A stretch of 64,000 bases of DNA from Mobula hypostoma (GCF_963921235.1 NC_086097.1:215824001-215888000); one strand, 5' to 3'; positions 47,060 through 60,454 are shown, counted from the stretch's first letter. The notes: a model not told the origin generated them from the sequence alone. Numbers and translations: made by a program.

Positions 47060-47400
47060 ATTCCACGTAACTAAATTCTCTCACCTCTAGCACCATTTTT
47101 GCTAATTATGCTCACTCCAAAGTACTTTGAACTTTCTAATGTCCCAACATCCATTCCAAAGTGAGGTGAACAGAACTGAAAATAATACTCCAAATTAGTG
47201 CATGACCAATTTTTTTTTAATGATTTAACATATCTTCTTTCATCTTGTTTCCTTCTTCTCTGTTAATAAAGCCTGGTAACTAAAATACTTTTTAACAGCT
47301 TTCTCAACTTGTGGTGCTATCCTCAAGGCCTCTGCACACACAAATCCAGGTGCCTGCTCTTGGGATTTCCTTGTGCTTGTATGATTAAATTTATATTGCC
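47060..47400 (-). mobile_element. Old CR1 fragment
   Basis: Minus strand IAPQVEKAVKK and LEYYFQFCSPH-like segments. Confidence 0.5.
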
Positions 47401-47934
47401 TACCTTCATTCTTCTTATCCACAGATGATACTTTATCCTGAGTTCCTCCAGCAGTTTGCATTTTGATCCAAATTTCTGCAGCCCAGGTTCTACATTGTAT
47501 CAGGTTCCAGTCACCCATCATTCCTGTTCTCATCAACACATATCATTTGTTCCAAGATCAGAGACACTCCTCTTTCAAGGTAACTATTTCTGTTTTTAAT
47601 GCCCTCATAGCCTCAGTTTTCTCTGGCTCTTAAGCTTTCAAAGTAATCAGTCCCTCGAAGTCTAGCCAGTTCTGCCTTCCCAATTTTAATTGTTCAACAT
47701 AAGAAATTGTGCAGATACTGGAAATCCAAACTAACACACACAAAATTCTGGAGGAATTCAGCAGGTCAGGTAGCATCTATGGAAAGGGAAAAAAACGGTT
47801 GATGTTTGGGGCTGAGACACTTCATCAGGATTGAATAGGAAGGGGGAAAGAAGCCAGAATAAGAAGGTGGGTGATGGGAAGATATACAAGCTAGAAGGTG
47901 ATAGGTGAAGTCAGGTGGGTGGGGGAGAGGGGAT

Positions 47935-48348
47935 AGAAGCATTGAAACATAGATAACCTACAGCTCAATACAGGCCCTTTGGCCTACAATGCTATGCCGA
48001 ACATGTACTTACTTTAGAAATTACCTAGGGTTATCCATAGCCCTCTATTTTTCTAAGCTCCATGTGACTATCCAGGAATCTCTTAAAGGACCCTATTGTA
48101 TCCGCCTCCACCATCGTTGCCAGCAGCCTGTTCCACGCACTCACCACTCTCTGCATAAAAAACTTGCCCCTGACATCTCCTCTGTACCTATTTCCAAGCA
48201 CCTTAAAACAGTGCCCTCTCACGTTAGCCATTTCAACCCTGGGAAAAAGCCTCTGACTATCCACACAATCAATGCCTCTCATTATCTTGTACACCTCTAT
48301 CAAGTCACCTCTTATCCTCTATCGCTCCAAGGAGAAAAGGCCGAGTTC
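47935..48348 (-). mobile_element. CR1 LINE 3' end
   Basis: IEVYKIMRGID..RGHCFKVLGNRYRGDVRGKFF..WNRL. Confidence 0.9.
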
Positions 48349-48723
48349 ACGCTGAAGTAGAGGCTGGGAAGCGAAAGGTGGAAAATGTAAAGAGCTGAAG
48401 AGCAAGGAAACTGACAGGAGAAGAGAGATTGGCCCATGGGAGAAAGGGAAGGAGGAGGGCACCAGAGGGAGGTGATAGGTAGTTGAAGAGAAGTGAAGGG
48501 GTAAGAGGGGAGCTAGAATTGGGAATGGAAAAAGAGAGAGGGGGAAGTGGGGGGAAATTACTGGAAGTTAGAGAAATCAATATTCATACCATCACATTGG
48601 AGGATACCCAGATGGAAAATAGGGCGTTGCTTCTTCAACCTGAGTGTGGCCTCATCGTGGCAGTAGAGGAGGCCATGGATTGACGTGTTGGGGCAGGAAT
48701 AGGCCATGGAATTAAAATTGTTG

Positions 48724-49592
48724 TGTTACATGCTCAAGGAGATTTTTTTTGTGAGAATGACGTAATGGTCTTTTGCAGGTCACCTGATGTGATTTTCCTG
48801 CCGATGTGAGGTCACGTGATGACATGTGCCCCGTGACTATATAAGGGTCGACCCAGGTGACGCAGTTAGTTTTTTGAGTTTGTAGATTTCCACGTAGAAC
48901 GTGTTGTGCCTCCGTTTCCGTTGCGTGTTTGTTTTTGTGACGCAGTTTCATTTTTAAAATGGAAGGTGCATTCTCTTACAAGATATTGCATTATTGAACT
49001 GGAAATTTGTGGCTGGAAGTGCCAATTTACTCAATTCCGACAGTTTTGAAGGGAGAGTGAAGAATTCATCGGTGAAGGATCGAGAGAAGTCGGTATCATT
49101 TGGCAGTTTAGTAAAGAATCGACCTTATTGAGTCTTCGTTGGAGAGAACCTGCATCGAGATAACTCTTGTAAAAGCGCAATGAGTTCATGCAAAAAGGTG
49201 CTCTCTCTCTCTAAAGGAACTTAAGGTCAGTCGATTTAAACTGTTTATTTTCAGCATCGGGAATCCTGTGGACAGAACCGGCAGTAAAGGTGTGTCGGTG
49301 AAGAAATCCTTCTCCAGAGAAGTCTCTCCCAATTGAATGTGTAAAATTGTTGGACTTTTGAAGTTATCACTTTAAGAACTATATCTGACTGTATCGCTTT
49401 AAGAACTGTTTTCGCATTTAACACTTTAAGAACCAGAGCCGAGTGGCGAGTTGGTGAACAACTGTGTACCTGTTAACCTCCGGTTAAAGTTTTTCTTTGT
49501 TTTTTGTCCCTTATCGTTTATACGTGTTTAATAAATATCTGTTTTTATAAAACCTGTCTCGATTAATATTCATTGTTGCCAGTTACGTAACA
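48724..49592 (+). mobile_element. Solo LTR (~869 bp)
   Basis: TGTTAC...GTAACA termini; 4-bp TSD GTTG at 48720-48723 and 49593-49596; TATATAAG at 48838; AATAAA at 49530. Confidence 0.88.
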
Positions 49593-49804
49593 GTTGTCAC
49601 CTAGAAATGTTGCTTTTTGCAGATGGAGCAAAGGTGCTCGACAGTATTATTCTTCACTGGGCTATAGCTAAAGTTAAAACATTGCTTGATACTGCTCCTG
49701 TGAAGCACCTCGGAGTATTTGACTCCTTTAACAATGACACAGAAATGAAATAGAGTCTACCATACAGACTGAACAGGAATTCAGAAGTCCAGACTAACAA
49801 TCTG

Positions 49805-50358
49805 CATAACACACACAAAATGCTGGAGCAACTCAGCAAGTGGGCCAACACCTATTGAGATGAATAAACAGTCAATGTTTCAGGCCAAAACCCTTCATCA
49901 GGATTGGAAAGGAAGGGGGAAGATGCCAGGATATGAAGTTGGAGGGAAGGGAAGGAGGACAAAGTAGAAGGTGATGGGTGAAGCCAGGTGGGTGGGGGAG
50001 GAAGGCTGAAGTAAGAAGTTGAGAGGTGATGTGGAAAAGTCAAAGGAAGAAGAAGGAATCTGATAGGAGAGGAGAATGGATCATGGGAGAAAGGGAAGGA
50101 GGAGGGACACCAGGGAGAGGTGATAGGCAGCTGAGGAGAAGAGGCAAGAAGCCAGAGTGGAAAAATGAAGAAGAGGGAAGGGGGAGGGGGAAAAGTACCC
50201 AGAAGTTGGAGAAATTGCCATCAGATTGGAGGCTACCCAGACAGAAATATGATGAGTTGCTTCTCCAAACTGAGGAGCGTATCAGGGCAGAAGAGGATGC
50301 CATTGACCAAAATGTTGGAGCGGGAATGGGAATACGAATAGAAATGGTTGGCCGCTGG
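49805..50358 (-). mobile_element. PLE 3' part with partly conserved hammerhead (49870-49905)
   Basis: Minus strand CCTGATGAAGGGTTTTGGCCTGAAACATTGACTG; FCLGSLQSDG. Confidence 0.8.
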
Positions 50359-53264
50359 GATTGTTTTAAAAATATTCCTGGCTCACTAATGTTCCTTAGT
50401 GAAGGAAATCTGCCACACTTATCTATTGTGGCCTGTTTTTGACTCCAGATCTAGAGTCTGACTCAGATTATGATGGTGAAGGATGGCCTCTATCCAGATA
50501 CCTTGCATGAAATTAAGCTGTTGTTCCTGAGAAAACACTTCTGCAGGATTAATGACCAGGCATTTGAGAAGGAGGCAGCAAGGCTACACATATATTGCTT
50601 TACCTGTAGAGCTGTGACCTTGGTTCAACTCCCACTGATCAGCCCTCCACAAACCTGATGGTATCAGTGAGCTCCTCTTGAACCCTTATAATCCTGTTGC
50701 ATTTTTGTTCCGACTTTTCTAAACTTCAGTTCTCGTTTTCAAATGGTTTCTTAGTGATCACATTGTCTCAAGGGAGCATTCCATTGGGATGTCATTTAGT
50801 TTGGATTGAAAATGGAGGTGGAATTCAAATTGGCTTATTATTATTACATGTACTGAGATACAGTGAAGAGCTTGTCTTGCACACAGTTCATAGACAACAT
50901 ATCATTACACAGTATTGAGATACAACATGGTAAAATCCCATTTGACGAAATAGTTGGTGAAGTCTTGGAAGTTTTCATAATAGTCACGTTAATACTTTCC
51001 TTCAGAATGGGCTTAGCTTTAATAGTGACCTAGCTTCTACAAGTATTCCACACACATTGCAGCTCTGCCCACTGGGACACACTGACAACCTTTGACACAA
51101 ACCATAGCTAGGGACAAAAACTGTGACATGCAACTATCTTTAGAAAAAACTATTACAACTGCTAAGTTTAACAAATATATAAATAGAATTAATTAAAACA
51201 TGAGTAATCCACTAATGCCTAACTTAGAAGATTAAAAACACAAGGAAATAAAGCTCAAATTAACTTTTCTTTTCTTTCTAGTTTGAGCAGCTCATAAAGG
51301 TGAATAGGGACATGGGAAAGTAGAGACAGATTCTCCATGCTGATGTTGGGAATAGCAGGTCATCCAGGCTCCACCACTGGACTTCACATAAAGACCATCA
51401 ATGGAACAAAGTATGTTCTGGATTATTGTATGTATCGTATTTGCCTGCAGATGAGTACCAGTGATCGTAAAGGGAACAACCATCCACGGTCAGTCCAATG
51501 AGTCAAATTTCAAGTGCCTCACTATTGTAATGATGGAAATGTGGTACCCAATTTGTAAGCACAATGGCCAAAACTATAATGATGAAAAGTTCTGCCTTCT
51601 ACTTGGCCAGCTGATGGATATGTTTCGGCTGGCACTCTGGGAATGATCCCCCTCCAAATTTGTGAAACAGCCTTGTGGGATATTTCATATCCACCTGTCA
51701 AAGCAGACATCATCAATTGTTTGCTCATTGGATATACCCTGCCTGTTAACACAGAAATGCAAAGTCCTGTAACCCACCTAAAAAGGCTGATGTTTCATTA
51801 CACCGTTGCCTTTATGAACCAAGAACAATATCTGGCTTCAAGGTATCTCCCCTCAAGAAAGTCCAAGGAATAAATCCAGTTCCGCAAATATATATTGTTA
51901 CCAAATATACGTATAATAATCTTGCACAGCTTTTGTAAAATTTTAATCACCTTTCCAAATACAAAATTATACAGCGTAAGTGGTATAATTAGAATATCTA
52001 GGTAATACTGGTTTCAAGGAATGCCTCAACACCACCAAAAAATGAGAAATAACATTTAATTTGGCTCTCCACGTACCTCCCCCCAATGCAATACTGTACT
52101 TGTTGTCATGGACACACTTCTATCTTCCCTATCAAACTACAGACTCTTGAATATTATGTTTTCAGCTTACAAATAACAATAAATTTCCCAGCCAGTACAG
52201 ATTCATAAAATACACGTATAATTCTTAATGTGTATCTGATTGACTGTGTTTTCAGGTTACAGCAGATAACAATTCACTTCATGATAGTCAGCATGTTCTG
52301 CCGTTATATCTCATTCACTACTATTGCCACCATTTGTCATTGTTTCCATTATAATCCCAGGTGCTGTGATGGTGCCAGATGGAATCAATATTACAACTGT
52401 GCAGAATCAATATGGGCTGTAACAAGTGAAATCACAACGTGGGTGTAGGGAACTGGTTAATAAAATGTGTTAAAACAATCTTCCAAGGCATGTCTGCTTG
52501 CTTTTTTTTTAATTGAATATACTTTCCGTGAGCCAGCTTAATTCCTATCATTAAATTTGCTTTTAATTTTCAATGAATATGCCAATCAAAAAAAAAGAAA
52601 GTTTGTTAAAAGATCAGATTGGTAATTCCTTAAACAGCTCTGATGTAAAATTATGGAATCCGTTAGTTTCTTTATTGAAGTTAATCAAAGCCAATTTGGC
52701 TAAATATTGAACTTGTAGCTTTTCCTTGTAGTTGTCAATATCGCTATTCACCTTACATCAAATTCATTTACTCTCTGGTGCAGATGAAATTATTGACTAT
52801 AAGCCAATTATGTAACTGGATCTTAATTTGAGACCTCAGAATCTAAGTAAGACATGTAATGCAAAATAGCTAAGAATTTCATGCATTTACTTCTCTCATG
52901 ACTAGAAAACATCTAAATTGCCATGCATTCTCCTACATATAAGAGATTATTCTTCTATCTGGCTGTCACTCACAAGTTCAAATCTAATGTTTGCGACTAT
53001 TTGCCAAAGGAGGAGAGCATCAAAGGTGAGCATAGCCCTAAATTCTACACACTTTTCAGCTAAGATCAATGAGTAGTGATCATAAACCTTATGCTCTTAA
53101 ATATACACAGAAGTGTGATGTACTGATCACTGAGATATTCCAAGCTGCAAGACAGGTGCGTATAAAAATTGTGCATTATGTAATGCTTGATACATATGTT
53201 GGATAGATAACCAATATTACCATAATGTTACCACTCACTACATCAGGACATCGGCCACTAGAGA

Positions 53265-53618
53265 TTCCTTCGTTTCCCCTCTTCCATCGGGCAGAAGACA
53301 TGAAAGCCTGAAAGCACATGCCACCAGGCTCAAAGACAGCTTTTACCCCATCATTACAAGCCCTTTAAATTGTTCCCTAGAATGATAAATTGGACTCTTG
53401 ACCTCACAGCCAACCTTTGTAATGACCTTGCACTTTAATGTTTACCCACACTGCACTCTCTCTGTAACTGTTATACTTTATTCGACATTGTTATTGGCTT
53501 ACCTTGTTCTTCCTCAATGCATTATGTAATCATCTGATCCGTATGAATAGTATGCAAGACAAGCTTTTCACTGTATTTCAATGCACATGACAATAGTAAA
53601 CTGTTTCCAGTTCCAAAT
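53265..53618 (+). mobile_element. Rex1/Babar LINE 3' end
   Basis: PLPSGRRHESLKAHATRLKDSFYP; tail similar to 15260-15400. Confidence 0.75.
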
Positions 53619-55012
53619 CTTATTCAAAATAGTGGATTCTAAAGGAACCCTAGAGAAGAAGAGAGGGATGGGAAAGTAGAGAAGCTTGGGACCAGATTTC
53701 CAGAGCATGCAGTCCAGAAGATGAAGGCAATATTATCAATGGAGGAACTATTAAGAAGGCCAACTCTGAAAGTGCATAGAGACCTCACAGACATAAAGGG
53801 CTGGAGATTGTAGCCAAAACAGTGAGCAGCTACAGCAAAGAGGGATTTAAAAACAAGAGTCAAAGTATCGATAGCCTGGCTTATTGAAGACATCAATGTC
53901 TTCCAATGACCAGCCTGGCTACAATCAGCTAATTCGGCCTGCAGTTAAACTTTGATCTGACCTGCTGAAGACTGTGCTGACATTTGCCTGCTGAGTTGCT
54001 AGGCATGGTGTATAATGTATTTCTTTACACTTGCTACTAATCCACTTTCATCCAAATGACCATCTTTTTATAAGCATTGAATACACTCACAGGTATTAAA
54101 TAAGAATTGCACAGCAAGTTATTACTACTCAACTTCTATCCTCAGGATGTAGGCAGTGTAGAGGATACTGTTTTTTTAAAAGAAAGATATCTTTCTTAAT
54201 TTTATTACCTTCATTGATTTCATTATCCTCACTGTCTTCATTTATGCTATCCACTCAATCAATTATACTCAAAAGGTATTTGGAGGCTGTTTGCTGACGA
54301 CTCCACATCCAATTTTCCTTTTCTCCTAACATGAGTCAGTGGGCTTTGGTTCAGTATCACATTCCAACTGTTTGGATGAAATAACTGGGAGGATGGAAAA
54401 ATTAAATCTTCATTTAACTTGATCCAGAGTACAATGTTTTCATACAACAATTTTTTCCTATTGAACTTTTAAATTAGTAGTCAGTAAATTACTTCTAATA
54501 TTAAAGTTAACATTATTTTTTTTTAACTCACACAATCCAATTAAATTTATTTTCAGTTTTTGCTACAAAGACTATCTGCGTGAATAATTCTGATTTCAAC
54601 TTAAAAAATGCATCATGAGATGAAATAACTGTGGTGTGCAATCACTGAAGTGGCAGAATGACTTTAAAATTAGTAATTTTCAGACAACATACTAATATAA
54701 AATATGAGAGTCAAAAGTTACAGTAGTTGGTGAATGAATATAGTCTGTCCATTATTGCCCTTGCCCATTTAATTCCTGTTACATTTTGTACGATGTGTTA
54801 TGTTAGTCAATGGTTCAAATGACACAACCACTCTGGAGCACAGAAACACAAAAGATAAGTTGTGTCGTCTTAAATTCAGTCACATTGAAGTATCCTTGTT
54901 GAACAGCACCATCTGATCTAACCTGTAAGTTAGAATAGTGCTTTTAATATTGTAGTTTATTTCCATATATGGGCACAACGTACTCTTACTGAATGAGAGT
55001 TATGTGACATAC

Positions 55013-55162
55013 CTGCTTTGCAGCAGTGAAGGTGATTGGAACAGATAGCTTTGAGGAGGAGTTTGTTGTATTGTGTTGATGGTTTAAGTGTTCAATCTTA
55101 TTGCGAGATCATTATTAACATCTGACAATGCGTTTCATTCATTTTTATGTTAACAGCATCTA
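55013..55162 (-). other. Candidate exon (150 nt, mostly non-coding)
   Basis: Acceptor tttgtcctgttttcag| and donor CAG|gtatgt on the minus strand. Confidence 0.3.
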
Positions 55163-55247
55163 CTGAAAACAGGACAAATAGGTGCCAAGATTAGATTAAA
55201 AAGCACTGAGGGTTAAATGTGAAAATATGTTTCTTTCAAAGACTTAC

Positions 55248-55548
55248 CGCTATTGAGCAGAAGCCCAGCACCAGTTTCAGTGAAGCAGTGTTGGTCCTGG
55301 ATCCTGTAAAAGCGGCAGTAATTGTTGTTAGTCTCTCGGGAGCTCTAAAGGAGTGGTGCAAATTGGTGCTGAAGATGCTGTGAGCTGCATCGTGCCAACA
55401 ACAGTCTGAACTACACATAGTGCCCACTGGCACAAGTTCCATACGGCAAGGGTATGAGGTAGCCATGATCCAAGCAGCCCGGAGCACGGGACGATTTCTA
55501 TCAGGCAGAAATTTGGTTCAAATAGTGCAGCCAGGCAGCCAACAGTCT
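55248..55548 (-). other. Candidate exon (301 nt) holding a 73-codon ORF from ATG at 55466
   Basis: Acceptor tttcttgctatttcag|, donor GCG|gtaagt, GC-richer non-repeat sequence, ATG in ATCATGG context. Confidence 0.35.
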
Positions 55549-55644
55549 CTGAAATAGCAAGAAACCATTTGGTACCACCAAGTCAGCTGAGTTCCTATAT
55601 TGGAAAGCTAAGAGCTTTTAATAAAGCTTCACAGTCATTTACAA

Positions 55645-55908
55645 GAATAAGTGGTAGGTACAAGGGGGATGCCAGAGGTAAGTTTTTTACACAGAGAGTG
55701 GTGGGTGTGCAAAATACACTGCCAGCGACAGTGGTAGAGGCGGGTACAATAAGGTATTTTAACAGACTCTTAGATAGGTACATAGAACATAGACGGCTAT
55801 GTGGAAGGGTAGTCCTAGACAGCTTCTAGAGTAGGTTACATGGTCATCTCAACATTGTGGGCCAAAGGGCCTGTAATGTGCTGTAGATTTCTATAATTCT
55901 ATGATTCT
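55645..55908 (+). mobile_element. CR1 LINE 3' end
   Basis: GRYKGDARGKFFTQRVVG; TTCTAT tail. Confidence 0.85.
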
Positions 55909-56284
55909 TTGGTTTACTTCATCTAAGGAGAGCATAGAAATTATTTTTCTAGGATCAATGATGTCATAACATTTGATGAACATGCTAAAGTACTCAAGAA
56001 GACAATTCAAGAGAAGCTGAATTGGACAAAGATAATATGACACCCTGACCAATGCACAGACACTTTAAAAAAGCACTGGCTGACGGAGAGGTTAAAAGAG
56101 AACTTTCAACCCCTCACATTTAAGGATAATTGAAAGCTACTGGTTGAGAACACAAAATCTGCAGCTTAGAGAGGCCATCAGCAATTACATTGTGGCATTG
56201 AACAACCTACTATTACTTTACAACTTTGGTAAATTCCTCAGTAGATCCAAAGAAATAGAGTGGATTGTGGAGTCACAGATGGAG

Positions 56285-59200
56285 GGCAGTGTCAGAGTGG
56301 GGAGGCTTTGGCTCATCGGGCTTCAGTAAGAATAGGCTTGAGTGAGGTACATATCCGGTAACTTTCTTCTTCTTCATTCTTCGCTCGTTAGTACATAGAG
56401 TGGTGAGGATGGCTCCAAGGGGCTGTGTTGTGTTCTTGGTGTGGTTGGGGGAGTTTTGGGAGACCTCCAGCCTCCTGGGTAACTACAGCTGCACTAGGTG
56501 CACTGAGCTGCAGCTCCTCAGAGAACATGTTTAGGAACTGGAGCTGCAGCTTGCTGACTGATATGAAAACTGAGCAGGTGATCGAAAGGAGCTACAGGGG
56601 AGGTAGTCACCCTAAGTTGCAGGAGGCAAATACCTGGATGACTGTCAGGAGAAGGAAAAGAAATGGGCAGTCAGTGCAGAGTACCCCTGTGGCAGTTCCA
56701 CTCAATAATAAGTACACTTCTTTGGATACTGTTGAGAGGGATGACCTGCCAGTGGGAAGCTCCAGAGACTAGGTCTCTGGCACTGAGTCTGATGCTGTGG
56801 CTCAGAGAGGAAGGAAGGAGAAGACTGCAGTATGATAGGAGATTCCATAATTAGAGGAGTGGACATGAGATTATATAGATGTGAAAGAGTCACCTGGATG
56901 ATATGTTGTTTCCCAGGTGCCAGGGATGTCTCATATCAGGTCCACAGGAGGAGGGTGAGCAGCCAGAAACCTTGGTACATATTGGCACCAATTAGGTAGG
57001 AAAAGGCAGGAGGTTCGGAAGAAACAATTTAGGGAGCTACAAAGAAAGCTAAAAAAATAGGACCTCCAGGGTAGTAATCTCTGAATTGCTGCCTGTACCA
57101 TGCACCAGTGAGGGTAAGAATAGGATGATCTGGAGATAAATGTGTGGCTGAGGAACTGGTGCAGGGGGCAAGACTTCAGATTTCCGAATCATTGGGATCT
57201 CTTCTGGGGAAGTTATGACCTGTACAAAAGCGACGGGATACACCTGAACCCAAGGGATACCAATATCCTTGCAGGAAGGTTTGCTAGAGTTGTCCAGGAG
57301 GATTTAAACTAACTTGGTAGGGGGGGATAGGAAATCGAGTGGGCTGGGGAAGGGGCAGTTGGTATACAAGCAGAATCAAGGACATGCTGAAGGTAGGGCA
57401 ACATTGCAGTTAGTTGAATGAGCTGTAGTGTAACAGGAGGATGAAATCAAAAGGGTGGTGAATACAGGTGTTACATTTTAACGTACATAGTATATGGAAT
57501 AAAGTAGATGATCCTGTAGCGTGGTTAAACATTGGCAGCTATGACACTGTGAGCGTCACTGAGTCATGGCTGAAAGAAGTTTACAAATGGGAGCTTAACA
57601 TCTAAGGATATACATTGCATCTAAAGGACAGTCAGGTAGGCAGAGGGGGTGGTATGGCTCTGTTGGTATAAAACTGAAACTAAATCCTTAGAAAGAATTG
57701 ACAAAGGATTGGAAGATGTAGAATCCTTGTGGGTAGAGTTTACAAACTGCAAGGTTAAAAAGACCCTGATGGGAGTTATATACAGGCCAGGATGTCCACA
57801 GGAGATAGAAAACATCAATGTCAAAAGGGAAATATTACTATTTTCATGGGGGATTTCAATATGCTAGTAGATTGGAAAATCAGGTTGGTGCTAGATCCCA
57901 AGAGAGGGAATTTGTAGAATGCCAAAGAGGTGGTGTTTTGGAGAGGTGGTTGAGCCCTCTAGGAGATTAGCTATGGCTTTTTAGAGTAATTTCTGGATGA
58001 ACTCACTAGGAGAAAGGCAATTCTGGATTAGGTGTTGTGTAATGAACCAGATTTGATTAGGGAGCTTAGGTAAATGAACCTTTGGGAGGCAATGATCATA
58101 ATATGATAGAATTCACTCTGCAGTTTGAGAGGAAGAAGCGAAAGTCAGATGCATCAGTATTACAGTGGAGTAAAGGGAATTACAGAGGCCTGATAGAGGA
58201 GCTGGCCAACATTGATTGGAAGGGGACACTAGCAGGAATGACGGGAGAGCAGCAATGGTTGGAGTTTCTGGAGCAATTTGGAAAGTGCAGGAGAGATAGA
58301 TCCCAAAAAAGAGGTATTCTAAAGGAAGGATGACACAACCGTGACTGTCAAGGGAAGTCAAGGCCAACATAAAACCAAAAGAGAGGGCATATAATAGAGC
58401 AAAAATAATTTGAATTTAGAGAATTGGAAATCTTACCTTCGTATTTCTTCATTTCCCATTTTAAGCTTTTTAGTTGCCTTCTGTAGGTTCTTAAAACCTT
58501 TCCAATCTTCTAACGTCCCGTTAATTTTTCCTCTAAAAAGTTTAAGTATTACATCCTTGTTTTTAAATTCTAGACCCCTCAAATTGAATGCTAACATTGC
58601 TTTGCCTTCCTCACCATCAACTCAACCTGCAAGTTAACCTTTTGAGAATCCTGCATGAGGACAATTGCCCCAGGACTCAGAGAAAATGGAAGAATGGGCA
58701 AAAGAGAGGCAGATATAATACAGTGTTGGGAAATGTATGATAATGCATTTTGGTAGAAAGAACAATAGTGCAGACTATTACCTAAATGGGGAGAAGGTTC
58801 AAACATCAGGTGCAGAGGGACTTGGGAGCCTTTGTGCAAGACTCCCACATCAGGTTAATTTACAGGTCAGATCTATGGTAAAGAAAGCAAATGCAATGTT
58901 ATCATTTATTTCAAGGGGAATAGAATATAAAAGCAAGGAGATAATAGAAATATAGAAGCATAGAAAACCTACAGCGCAATACAGGCCCTTCAGCCCACAA
59001 AGTTGTGCCGAACATGTCCCTACCTTAGAAATTACTGGGCTTATTTTTCTAACCTCCATCCAAAAGTCTCTTAAAAGACCCTACCGTATCCGTCTCCACC
59101 ACCGTTGCCGGCAGCCCATTCCATGCACTCATCACTCTCTGAGTAAAAAACTTACCTATGACATCTCCTCTGTACCTACTCCCCAGCACCTTAAACCTGT

Positions 59201-60130
59201 ATCCTCTTGTGGCAACCATTTCAGTCCTGGGAAAAGGCAACTGACTATCCACACGATCAACGCCTCTCATCATTTTATATACCTCTATCAGGTCACCTCT
59301 CATCCTCTGTCGCTCCAAGGAGAAAAGGCCAAGTTCACTCAACCTATTCTCATAAGGCATGCTCCCCAATCCAGGCAAAATCCTTGTAAATCTCCTCTGC
59401 ACCCTTTCTACAGTTTCCACATCCTTCTTGTAGTGAGGTGACCAGAACTGAGCACAGTACTCCAAGTGGGGTCTGACCAGGGTCCTATACAGCTGTAACA
59501 TTACCTCTCGGCTTTTGAATTCAATCCCATGGTTGATGAAGGCCAATACACCGTACACCTTCTTAATGCTGAGCTTTCATAAAACACTTGTCAGGCTACA
59601 CTTAGAGGAGATTCATGAGGATGATTTCATGAGTGAAGGAGGGCATATGATTAGGTGTATGATTATGATTAACATATAAAGAGCGCTTGGCAGCTTTCGG
59701 TCAGTACTCACTGGAATTTAAAAGAACGTGGGGGGGGGGGATCTCATTGAAACCTACCGAATGTTGAAAGGACAAGATAGAGTGGATGTGGAGAGGATGT
59801 TTCCTATGGCGAGGGTATCCAGAGCTAGAGGGCACAGCCTCAATATTGAGAGGTGACCCTTCAGAAAAGAGGTAAGAAGGAAATTTTTTAGCCAGAGAGT
59901 AGTAAATCTGTGGAATGCTCTGCCACAGACTGTGGTGGAGTCCAAGTCCATGCATATATTTAATGTGGAGATTAGTCATTTCCTGATTGGTCAGGGCTTC
60001 AAAAGATATACTGAGAAGACAAGTGTATGGGATTGAGTGGGATCTGGGATCAACCATGATGGAATGGCGGAGCAGATTTGATGGGCTGAATGGCCTGATT
60101 CATGCTCCTATGTCATGTTCTTATGACCTT
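56285..60130 (+). mobile_element. Near full-length but rearranged CR1 LINE (ORF1 with esterase/SGNH-like domain, ORF2 endonuclease, 3' end)
   Basis: ORF1 VAVPLNNKYTSLDTV, IGDSIIRGVD, CFPGAR, HIGTN, DGIHLNP; ORF2 VTESWL, VIYRP, NDHNMIEF; most of RT missing and 58430-58655 inverted. Confidence 0.85.
58944..59563 (-). mobile_element. Young CR1 3' end nested antisense in the older CR1
   Basis: Uninterrupted 169-aa ORF 59049-59558(-): LVRPHLEYCAQFWSP..RGDLIEVYK..FFTQRV. Confidence 0.92.
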
Positions 60131-60454
60131 ATAGCCTGACTTCGGTGTTTGGGAAGATATTGGAGTCCATTATTAAGGATTAAGTTTCAGGATACTCTGA
60201 GCACATTATAAATAGGCCAAAGTTAGCATAAGAGAAATCTTGCCTGACAAATCTATTTCACTTCAACATCTGGGAGATGGAGCAGCATCCTGGAATCACT
60301 TTGCAATCACACTAACACCTACTTGAAGCCCTATTAAGGGAATTCGCAGTGACTGTTCAGTGACCCTTCACCTTTCTCCTTTCACCTTCTACATTGAGCC
60401 ATCCACAAATGCTGCTGAGGAAAGGACGGAACCAGAGATACTCACAATGCCTGA

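Larger units (their letters stand above)
47695..49645 (-). mobile_element. PLE 3' part interrupted by a CR1 3' end (47935-48348) and a solo LTR (48724-49592)
   Basis: PLE terminal sequence at 47700-47935 resumes at 48350-48720 and 49597-49645. Confidence 0.8.

Noticed and set aside
51282..51410. Plus-strand acceptor (ttttctttctag) and gtatgt donor pair
   Set aside because: Stops in all three frames and no other support
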